Shown here piece after piece: positions 1 through 7,382 of a stretch of 30,132 nt of DNA (positions within the stretch are counted from its first letter, which is position 1; each line of letters opens with the position of its first letter). The stretch comes from Clostridia bacterium (GTDB lineage Bacteria; Bacillota; Clostridia; Oscillospirales; CAG-272): the NCBI GenBank assembly GCA_017518025.1, contig JAFWWR010000110.1, positions 1 through 30,132 on the forward strand. The letters run 5' to 3'. Under the pieces are notes generated by a model. The model was not told where the DNA came from. It did not search any database and saw only the letters and a list, made by a program, of their open reading frames with translations. Position numbers and translations under genes: made by a program.

Positions 1-3000
1 ATCACCGACTCGTCGGGGATCACGACAGTCAGGCCGGCCCCCCACGGGCATCCTTCCACGTTGAGGTACGCGATCTGAAGAATGTAGTTCCCGCCCTCTT
101 CAAAGGTCTCGCCGTACTCCATGGAAGCCCAGGAGCCGCCGTCTTCCAACCTGTACCATCCGGTGTAGTCGGAGAGGATCGTGTACGGATCGGAGTAGTC
201 CGCATAGACGTCCACGCTTTGAGCGTTATCATACGCCGGCCTCATCGCGCCGTACACCGTGATCGTATCGATCGTCATGGTTGGAACGAAGGTGTACGTG
301 GCGTAAACGTATCTGTGGTCGTCGGAGAAACTGTCGATGGTGCAGAGGTCACCGTTTGCGTAGATCTGCACGTCGTCCGGCAGCTTGTAGCCGTAGTCCG
401 CGTATACTTGCAGGGTCACCGTATACTCGGCTCCGGGCCGCATGACCGCGTTTCCGCCTCCGTGAGGCCCTTCGATGCCGCTTATGGAAACGGAGTACGG
501 CGCCTCGTCCGGCTTGTCGAGGTAAACGTGAGCCAGCATATCGCCGGGCGTTTCGCTGAACGAACATTCCACCGTCGGGATGTCATACAGGATCCATTCG
601 GAACGGATCACCAGATTGAAGTCCTCGTCCGGAATCGTGAAGGAGGCGCCGTAGGAGCCGTCCGGTCTTTCCGAGAAGCCCGTCACCTCGTGGAGTTCCT
701 CGCCGTAGTAGAGGTACAGATTGGTTAATCTGTAGCGTTCTTCCGGAGTTATCGAAACGGTGGCGGTTTCTCCCGCATTCATTTTGTAACTGTCGTAGCG
801 GTAAAGGTTGAGCCCATTGACGTACAGTCTGTGGACACCGCTGTATGAGGAGCCGTCTCCGCCGTATTGCCATCCGTCGAGGATCACCGTGGTCCTCGCG
901 TCCGCGACGTAGTCGTAGAAGACGGAGTTGCTGCAGTCGGAGACGGAATAGCCTTCGCAGTTCTCAGCATATCCGTAGATCTCGTATTTGTCGTCCGGGA
1001 AGTCATACATCTCAAACACCTGACGCAGATTGACCGAGGTGTACGTGAAAGACATCGTCCGGTAATATCCTTCATTAACGCCTTCAAAGTAGTAGTAGTA
1101 ATGATCGGCGGGGATTCCCTCTGTGTCTGTGTAGACGTCCCAGCTCAGCGTGTCGCCGCTGAGGGTGATCGGGTATTCTTCATAAAGGTATCTGCCCTCG
1201 ATCCAGGGGGAGAAGGGCGATCTTTCGCTATTTGAATAATCGCTTTCTTCATCCGGATACGCCGTCACGGTGAACATATATTCCCTGAGCTTGTCCCGGG
1301 TGTAATTGCTGAAGTCGAACTCCGTGGCGAATATGTTATCCGACGTGATCTGATTCAGATTATCCCTGTTGAACAGCGTGATGTTGTAGTAACTCGCTCC
1401 CTCGACCGGATCCCACTTCGCCGTGTAGCCGTCCCAGCGGAGGTTTGTAGGCGTCGCCAGACGTGGCAGCCCGGCAGCGAAATAATACGCTATGTAGTCG
1501 TACGCGATCTCGTTGTCCTCGGCGTCATATGCGTCGATTTCGAAGACGTACCATCCGCTTGGCGCGTGCCGATCGGCCAGAGCTGATTTCAGGTCGTAGC
1601 TTGTGACGCCGCCCTCGATCGATTCGGAACTGATGTAGTCTCCGCACCAGACGTCGTAATACGCCGCGTCCGCCGGAGCAGTCCAGCTGATCCTGCCGGA
1701 GTTGTTTTTGATATCCATTCTCGGCCGCGATGAGCCGCTCTCTGCGAGAATGACGCTGCCTGCGGCGGGGACCGTGAACTCATAGGTCCCGCGGATCTTC
1801 GTGCTGTCTTCCTCCACAGACGTGATCTCTACAGGATTACCGTTCATGGTCAGCGTCACGCCGTCCGTGAATTTGTAATAACCGGTGGTATAGGCGTAGA
1901 TGTTGATCGTATAGCTCTTTCCGGGCAAGAGCCACCCGTACTCGTAGCCGCTTTCATTCTGGATCGTATTGATGTAGGCATAGTAATCGTCCGATTCTAT
2001 TGTAAGAGTCTGACGCGCAAGCTTGCCTGCCGTTTCGTCATATCCGACTTCCACTTCGGAGACCCAGTCGTAGACGACGCTCTGATCTATGACGATGCCG
2101 AAGTCCTCGTCCGGGACGGTGATCTCCCAGAAGATGCCGCCGTCCGTGCGGACTGAGGTGTCGGTGATCCTTTCGGGTTCTTCGCGGATCTCGTCGCCGT
2201 AGCTGAAGCGGAGGCCCTCTATCTCATGGTTGTGATCCGCGTAGGCGACCACCCACATGGTGGCGCCCTTCTTGCATTTGAGCTCCGTGCCGAGACTGAG
2301 GTGCATTCCGTCGATCCTCAGCTCGCCGAGGCTGCCGTTGGTCGCCTTGCATCCCGTGTACTGCACGGAGGGGGAGGAGGTGTCGGCAACGTAATCAACG
2401 GCGACTTCGTTGCTCTCTTTTGAGACCGTGATCCCCTCTGCGTTCTCCGCCTCGATGGAGTATTTATAGGTCCCGCTGGGCGCGTCTATGTGATACAGAA
2501 CTCTCTCGATGGGGAAACCGCCGCGGAAGTAATTCGACCTTGCCACGTTGTATATGAAAGCGGGGTTTTCGTAATTCTCGAAGAGGTCGTATCTGGGAGC
2601 GGTGTTGCCTTCCGTGTCAACGTACGACGACCAGGTAAGAACACTTTCTCCGCCCAGATCGTGGCACATGAGATAAAGATCATCTCTGATGAAACGGCCG
2701 GGTATTGCGGGAGAAAGCGGCGAATCTTCGCTGCGCGAGCCGGAAGGACAGCCAACCGCGTATACGTAAAATGCGTACTCGTGTTCCTTGTTGACAACGG
2801 ATTGTGAAAAGTCAAATTCCGTCTTTTTTATGCTGCCGTAATCGACGTTCAAGCCGTTGGTCACGTCCGTGAGGTAAACGTAGTATCCGTTCTCCGCGCC
2901 CTCCACCGCGTCCCATTTGGCGGTATAGCCGTCCCAGCGGATATTCGTCGGAGTGGCGAGGCGGGGCAGGCCGCCCGTGAACGTCCACGTCACGGTCGAC

Positions 3001-3332
3001 CGTGCGATGGAGTTGTAGCCCTCGTCCTCGGCGTCAACGACAAGGGTGTACGTGCCGTTCGGCGCGTAGGCGTCGGCGAGTGCGCCCGCAAGATCGAACC
3101 TCAGCGGCTGATCCGGATCGATGCGGGACGAGCCGAGGAATTCGTTTCCGCCCACCCAGTAGTGTGCCGCGCCGGGATATTCGTCCCAGGTGACGAGCCC
3201 TCCCGATGAAACCTTCATATTCTGGAGGTCCGGCAGTCCGTCCTCCGCCGATACGCCGATCGTCATCTGCGGAAGCATTCCGAGCAGCATTATCAGCGCG
3301 ATCAGGAGGGACAGCAAACGTGTGCGTTTCAT
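1..3332 (-). CDS. Large secreted/cell-surface protein with FN3/Ig-like repeats; partial, 3' end beyond the left edge (>=1110 aa)
   Basis: Translated by hand from ATG at 3332. It begins MKRTRLLSLLIALIMLLGMLPQMTIGVSA-EDG (Sec-type signal peptide). The same frame is open in every segment I checked, down to the window edge (...LNVEGCPWGAGLTVVIPDESV). It is Asp/Glu/Tyr-rich and has FN3-like strands (LATPTNxRWDGYTAKWDxVEGA). The ORF track omits it because there is no stop in the window. Confidence 0.85.
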   Translation of the reverse strand, partial: MKRTRLLSLLIALIMLLGMLPQMTIGVSAEDGLPDLQNMKVSSGGLVTWDEYPGAAHYWVGGNEFLGSSRIDPDQPLRFDLAGALADAYAPNGTYTLVVDAEDEGYNSIARSTVTWTFTGGLPRLATPTNIRWDGYTAKWDAVEGAENGYYVYLTDVTNGLNVDYGSIKKTEFDFSQSVVNKEHEYAFYVYAVGCPSGSRSEDSPLSPAIPGRFIRDDLYLMCHDLGGESVLTWSSYVDTEGNTAPRYDLFENYENPAFIYNVARSNYFRGGFPIERVLYHIDAPSGTYKYSIEAENAEGITVSKESNEVAVDYVADTSSPSVQYTGCKATNGSLGELRIDGMHLSLGTELKCKKGATMWVVAYADHNHEIEGLRFSYGDEIREEPERITDTSVRTDGGIFWEITVPDEDFGIVIDQSVVYDWVSEVEVGYDETAGKLARQTLTIESDDYYAYINTIQNESGYEYGWLLPGKSYTINIYAYTTGYYKFTDGVTLTMNGNPVEITSVEEDSTKIRGTYEFTVPAAGSVILAESGSSRPRMDIKNNSGRISWTAPADAAYYDVWCGDYISSESIEGGVTSYDLKSALADRHAPSGWYVFEIDAYDAEDNEIAYDYIAYYFAAGLPRLATPTNLRWDGYTAKWDPVEGASYYNITLFNRDNLNQITSDNIFATEFDFSNYTRDKLREYMFTVTAYPDEESDYSNSERSPFSPWIEGRYLYEEYPITLSGDTLSWDVYTDTEGIPADHYYYYFEGVNEGYYRTMSFTYTSVNLRQVFEMYDFPDDKYEIYGYAENCEGYSVSDCSNSVFYDYVADARTTVILDGWQYGGDGSSYSGVHRLYVNGLNLYRYDSYKMNAGETATVSITPEERYRLTNLYLYYGEELHEVTGFSERPDGSYGASFTIPDEDFNLVIRSEWILYDIPTVECSFSETPGDMLAHVYLDKPDEAPYSVSISGIEGPHGGGNAVMRPGAEYTVTLQVYADYGYKLPDDVQIYANGDLCTIDSFSDDHRYVYATYTFVPTMTIDTITVYGAMRPAYDNAQSVDVYADYSDPYTILSDYTGWYRLEDGGSWASMEYGETFEEGGNYILQIAYLNVEGCPWGAGLTVVIPDESV
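1395..2972 (-). repeat. Intragenic ~500-aa module duplication; anchor motifs at 2895-2972 and 1395-1472
   Basis: GLPRLATPTNIRWDGYTAKWDAVEGA vs GLPRLATPTNLRWDGYTAKWDPVEGA: 24/26 identical and exactly 1500 nt apart. Flanking segments also align (FDLAGALADAYAPNGTY / YDLKSALADRHAPSGWY; TEFDFS in both; YVDTEG / YTDTEG). Confidence 0.85.
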
Positions 3333-3413
3333 AATAATACCCCTTTCCGTTTCTTTTTTGTGATTTTTGTCAAATCCGGCGGCTTTTTGCGCGCGATTTC
3401 CGCCTTTTTATAC

Positions 3414-3442
3414 ATTATAACAAATAAACGGCCTGAATGCAA
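3414..3442 (-). promoter_or_regulatory. Sigma-A/70-type promoter for the surface-protein gene
   Basis: Minus strand: TTGCAT (3442-3437), 17 bp, TATAAT (3419-3414), with an extended -10 TG. Confidence 0.7.
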
Positions 3443-3466
3443 TACGGAAAAAGAGATTTTCGACAG

Positions 3467-3495
3467 TTGACAACGGACCGCGGCGGTGGTAAAAT
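3467..3495 (+). promoter_or_regulatory. Sigma-A/70-type promoter for proS
   Basis: TTGACA (3467-3472), 17 bp, TAAAAT (3490-3495), with an extended -10 TG. Confidence 0.75.
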
Positions 3496-3528
3496 ATCAG
3501 CGATCCAAAAAGAAAGGGAAAAACAACA

Positions 3529-5247
3529 ATGAGAGTATCGAAACTTCTCGGACAGAGGTTCAAGAATCCGCCCTCGGACTGCGTTATCGAGTCCCACGCG
3601 CTGATGGTGCGGGGCGGCTACATGAAATACATGGCCAACGGCATCTATTCGCTCTTTATGCCGGGCCGCCGCATCGTCCGCAAGATCGAGCAGATCATCA
3701 GGGAAGAAATGGACAAGGCGGGAGGGCAGGAGGTCCTGTTCCCGGTCGCCATGCCCGCCTCTCTCTGGGAGGAATCCGGCAGGTATTCCTCCATCGGATC
3801 TGAGCTCGCCCGCTGGACGGACAGATCCGGCAACAAGATGGTCCTCGGCATGACCCACGAGGAGGCCGCGGTGCACCTTGCCCGGGACACCGCCGCGTCC
3901 TACGCCGACTATCCCTTCATGATCTATCAGATACAGACCAAGTTCCGCGACGAGCCCCGTGCCCGCGGCGGCCTGATCCGCGTCCGCGAGTTCACCATGA
4001 AGGACGCATATTCCTTCCACACCTCGAAGGAGGACCTGGAGGAGTACTACGCCCTGCTCCATAAATCCTACGAGACCATCTTCCGCCGCGCAGGCGCGAA
4101 GAACGTGATCTCCGTCAAGAGCGACTCCGGCATGATGGGCGGCTCCGTCTCCCACGAGTTCATGCTTCTCTCCGACGTAGGCGAGGACACCCTGGCGATT
4201 TGTCCCGAGTGCGGCTACAGCGCCAACATGGAGGCCGCCGAGGTGAAGATCGAAAACGAGGCGGCGGAGAGCGCGGAGATCGAAAAGATCCACACCCCCG
4301 GATGCACGACGATCGAGGATCTGGGGAAGTTCCTCAAAGCCGATCCGAAGCGGTTTGCCAAGGCGGTGGTCTATCAGAAGAACGAGGACGACAGCTATAT
4401 AGTCGTGTTCGTCCGCGGCGACCTTGACGTGAACGAGACCAAGCTCCGCAACTACCTCGGATTCGAGATACATCCCGCAACAGTCACCGAGGAGTCCGGC
4501 ATCGTCGCCGGATTCATCGGCCCGATAGGTCTTCCCGCGGGAGTCAGGGTCGTGTTCGACTCGTCTTTGAAGGGCATTCACAACGTAGTCAGCGGCGCGG
4601 GCGAGCGCGATTACCACCTCTCCGGCATCGACATCGAGCGCGACGTTCCCGGGACCCGGTTCGCCGACGTGGCGAAGATCTTCGCCGGGGCGGTCTGCCC
4701 CGTGTGCGGCAAGCCCGTCATCACCATAGAAAAAGGCATCGAGGTGGGCAATATCTTCCAGCTCGGCACCAAATACACCAAGGCAATGGGTATGACGTAC
4801 CTCGACGCGAACGGCGAGGCGCAGTATCCCGTCATGGGGTGCTACGGCATCGGCGTCGGCCGCCTTGCGGCGTCCATCTGCCAGGAGAGCCACGACGACT
4901 ACGGTCCCATCTGGCCCATGTCCATCGCGCCGTGGCAGGTGGAGGTGTGCAATCTCCGCTGCGACGACGAGGAGGTCACCCGTCGCGCCGAGGGGATCTA
5001 CGAGGAGCTTGAAAAGCTCGGCGTTGAAGTTCTTTACGACGACCGCGATATCAGACCGGGCGCCATGTTCGCCGACGCGGACCTGTTCGGCGTGCCGATC
5101 CGGGTGGTCGTCTCCCCCAAGACGGCGGAGCGTGGCGTGTTCGAGGTCTCCTACCGCGACAAATCCTTCCGCGGCGACGTCCCCTACGACGGCGCGGCGG
5201 AACAGATCGCCGGCATGGTCAAAAAGGAACTCGGGAAATACGAATAA
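3529..5247 (+). CDS. proS: Prolyl-tRNA synthetase (long bacterial type with INS editing domain)
   Basis: 572 aa. Class II motifs LGMTHEE, YQIQTKFRDEPRARGGLIRVREFTMKDAYSF, GIEVGNIFQLGTKY, MGCYGIGVGR, and a C-terminal anticodon-binding domain (VLYDDR...GAMFADADLFG). Confidence 0.97.
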   Translation: MRVSKLLGQRFKNPPSDCVIESHALMVRGGYMKYMANGIYSLFMPGRRIVRKIEQIIREEMDKAGGQEVLFPVAMPASLWEESGRYSSIGSELARWTDRSGNKMVLGMTHEEAAVHLARDTAASYADYPFMIYQIQTKFRDEPRARGGLIRVREFTMKDAYSFHTSKEDLEEYYALLHKSYETIFRRAGAKNVISVKSDSGMMGGSVSHEFMLLSDVGEDTLAICPECGYSANMEAAEVKIENEAAESAEIEKIHTPGCTTIEDLGKFLKADPKRFAKAVVYQKNEDDSYIVVFVRGDLDVNETKLRNYLGFEIHPATVTEESGIVAGFIGPIGLPAGVRVVFDSSLKGIHNVVSGAGERDYHLSGIDIERDVPGTRFADVAKIFAGAVCPVCGKPVITIEKGIEVGNIFQLGTKYTKAMGMTYLDANGEAQYPVMGCYGIGVGRLAASICQESHDDYGPIWPMSIAPWQVEVCNLRCDDEEVTRRAEGIYEELEKLGVEVLYDDRDIRPGAMFADADLFGVPIRVVVSPKTAERGVFEVSYRDKSFRGDVPYDGAAEQIAGMVKKELGKYE

Positions 5248-5255
5248 AACGAAAG

Positions 5256-5293
5256 GATCCGCCGCGCAGCCAGCGCGGCGGATCTTCGTTTTT
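5256..5293. terminator. Bidirectional intrinsic terminator between convergent proS and kinase genes
   Basis: Perfect 12-bp stem GATCCGCCGCGC / GCGCGGCGGATC with a 5-nt loop. Followed by TTCGTTTTT and preceded by an A-rich tract. Confidence 0.8.
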
Positions 5294-5344
5294 CTCTGTC
5301 AGATAACAGCAGTGCTTTTTCGGTCTGCGCCCGATGAGGCGGCC

Positions 5345-6427
5345 TCATCCGGCGATTTTTTTCACGATGGACTCCATTTCGCCCATCTTTCTCTCCATAT
5401 CCTCGATGAGCTTGAACTGGGTCCGGCATCTGATGAGGTTGTGCTCGGGGTAAGCCGTCTTGAAGTAGGTGTCGCCGCTGAGATAGTCGGCGAGGAACCG
5501 CATACCGCATTCCAGCGTCAGCAGCTTGACCGAGAAGGGGAGAAGCTCCAGCTCCCGCTCCGTGATGGAGGGAAGAGTCTCGACGAATCCCCGTGTGAAC
5601 GCCTCGAAGTTCGCCAGATCGAACCAGATCTTGTTGAGATCCGGCTCGTCCTCCGCGCCGGTGGAGCCGGCGAAGCGGAGCGCGTCGCCGAAGTCGTAGA
5701 GCAGGGAACCCGGCATCACGGTATCGAGGTCAATGACACATACGCCCTCGCCCGTTTTCTCGTCCAGCAGGACGTTGTTCAGCTTCGTGTCATTGTGGGT
5801 GACGCGCACCGGCAGTATGCCGGACGCGATATCGTCCACCACCACGCCCACCGCGTCCTCGCGGTCCTTCACGAACTGTATCTCCCGGGCTGCTCCCGCG
5901 GCTCTGCCGACGGAGTCGGCCTCGACTGCGGCGAGAAAATCGGCGTATCTCTTTCTGGTGTCGTGGAATCTCGGGATGACCTCGTACAGCTTCTCGGCGG
6001 GGAAGTCCGCCAGCATGTTCTGGAACCTGCCGAAGGCCTTGGCGGCCTGATAAAGCTGCTCCGGGCTCTCCACCACGTCGTAGGAACGCGCGCCGTCGAT
6101 GAAGACGTACATCCTGTAGTATTCGCCGTCGTTCGATTTGTAGAACGGCTTGCCGTCCACCGTCTCGATCAGGTTCAGGGTCCCCCTCATGGGATCGCCG
6201 CCCTCTGCGATGATCTTACGGCGCAGATGCTCGGTCACGAGCTTGATGTTCTCCATGACCTCTTCGGGTTTCTTAAAAACGTTCTTGTTGATCTTCTGGA
6301 GTATGTACGACGGGTCCGTCGCCACCAGATACGTGTCGTTGATATGGCCGTTGCCGTAGGAAGAAGGGTTGAGTTCGATGCTGAAATGAGTCAGTATCTC
6401 CCTGATGGATTCAGTCACTTTTATCAT
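5345..6427 (-). CDS. Aminoglycoside-phosphotransferase-family kinase, N-acetylhexosamine 1-kinase (NahK)-like
   Basis: 360 aa. GNGHINDTY, YILQKIN, Brenner-type RVTHNDTKLNNVL, CVIDLDTVMPG, YDFGDALR, and FLADYLSGDTYFKT motifs. The start could instead be GTG at 6418. Confidence 0.8.
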   Translation of the reverse strand: MIKVTESIREILTHFSIELNPSSYGNGHINDTYLVATDPSYILQKINKNVFKKPEEVMENIKLVTEHLRRKIIAEGGDPMRGTLNLIETVDGKPFYKSNDGEYYRMYVFIDGARSYDVVESPEQLYQAAKAFGRFQNMLADFPAEKLYEVIPRFHDTRKRYADFLAAVEADSVGRAAGAAREIQFVKDREDAVGVVVDDIASGILPVRVTHNDTKLNNVLLDEKTGEGVCVIDLDTVMPGSLLYDFGDALRFAGSTGAEDEPDLNKIWFDLANFEAFTRGFVETLPSITERELELLPFSVKLLTLECGMRFLADYLSGDTYFKTAYPEHNLIRCRTQFKLIEDMERKMGEMESIVKKIAG

Positions 6428-6516
6428 ACCTCCGTGCGGGGAGATCCCGCCGTGAACAAAATTTCGACTTTTGACGATAATCTTTTATGCAATTGGCGAA
6501 AACCGGTTGCGAGAAG

Positions 6517-6545
6517 AGTATAACACAAAATTTCGGCTTTGTAAA
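6517..6545 (-). promoter_or_regulatory. Sigma-A/70-type promoter for the kinase gene
   Basis: Minus strand: TTTACA (6545-6540), 17 bp, TATACT (6522-6517), with an extended -10 TG. Confidence 0.65.
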
Positions 6546-6584
6546 CAGCAATTTCAACTTTTTCCGTTTTTTTTCAACTTTCCC

Positions 6585-6616
6585 TTGATTTTCAGCGCGT
6601 TTTCATATAATATAAT
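6585..6616 (+). promoter_or_regulatory. Probable promoter for the pth-mfd operon
   Basis: TTGATT at 6585-6590 followed by overlapping TATAAT hexamers at 6606 and 6611 (TAATAT at 17-bp spacing). The exact register is ambiguous. Confidence 0.45.
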
Positions 6617-6716
6617 AATAAAATATGGAATACACACCCGCCCGCAGAGGGAAACGGGGCTTTTTGTCGTGTTTTTGAGTTACCGCGCCGCCTGCCGGCG
6701 CAAAAGAGAGGTTGAT

Positions 6717-7382
6717 ATGGCGGATATTTTCGAGCTTTTCAGAAGGATACGGAAGACGGAGGAGCCCAAGGGGCCTCCCGAATACATTATAGTCGGTCTC
6801 GGCAATCCCGGTGACAAATACGAGGGGACACGCCACAACACCGGATTTTCGGCAATCGACTTTATAGCGGACCGGCTTTCCGTAAAGATAAAGGACCTGA
6901 AATTCAAGTCCCTGGTCGCCCGGTGCTCCGTCGACGGCACCCCCGTCCTGCTTCTCAAGCCCCAGACCTTCATGAATCTTTCGGGTCAGGCGGTGAAGGA
7001 GGCCTGCGACTTCTACAAGATCCCGCCGGAGCGGCTCGTCGTCATCTCCGACGACGTGAACCTTGACGCGGGGCGGCTCCGCATACGCGTGCGCGGCTCC
7101 GACGGCGGGCAGAAGGGGCTTTACAACATCATCTACCTCCTCAACTCGGACGAGTTTCCCCGCATCCGTATCGGCGTGGGGAAGAAGCCCCGGGAGGATT
7201 ACGACCTGGCGGACTGGGTCCTGAGCAGGCCGGACGAGGCGGACGCCGCGGCCGTGGCGTCGACCTTCCCGGACGTCTGGGAGGCGGTCCGCATGATCGT
7301 GGACGGCAAAACGGAGGCCGCCATGGGCGCATTCAACGGTAAAAAGAAGACGAGCAACGACGCGGAGGAGAGCCGTTCATGA
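6717..7382 (+). CDS. pth: Peptidyl-tRNA hydrolase
   Basis: 221 aa from ATG 6717 (SD-like AGAGAGG upstream; the ORF track's earlier start is upstream sequence). Motifs IVGLGNPG, TRHNTGF, LKPQTFMNLSG, DDVNL, GSDGGQKG, RIRIGVG. Confidence 0.95.
   Translation: MADIFELFRRIRKTEEPKGPPEYIIVGLGNPGDKYEGTRHNTGFSAIDFIADRLSVKIKDLKFKSLVARCSVDGTPVLLLKPQTFMNLSGQAVKEACDFYKIPPERLVVISDDVNLDAGRLRIRVRGSDGGQKGLYNIIYLLNSDEFPRIRIGVGKKPREDYDLADWVLSRPDEADAAAVASTFPDVWEAVRMIVDGKTEAAMGAFNGKKKTSNDAEESRS

Noticed and set aside
29-3193. Many short ORF-track entries on both strands in 1-3.2 kb
   Set aside because: All are explained as alternative frames of the single large minus-strand surface-protein gene, which the track omitted because it has no stop in the window.
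5329-5360. GCCCGATGAGGC-G-GCCTCATCCGGC hairpin resembling an enterobacterial REP element
   Set aside because: Single copy in the window, overlaps the kinase stop codon, and there is no RAYT transposase nearby. Best treated as a local hairpin.
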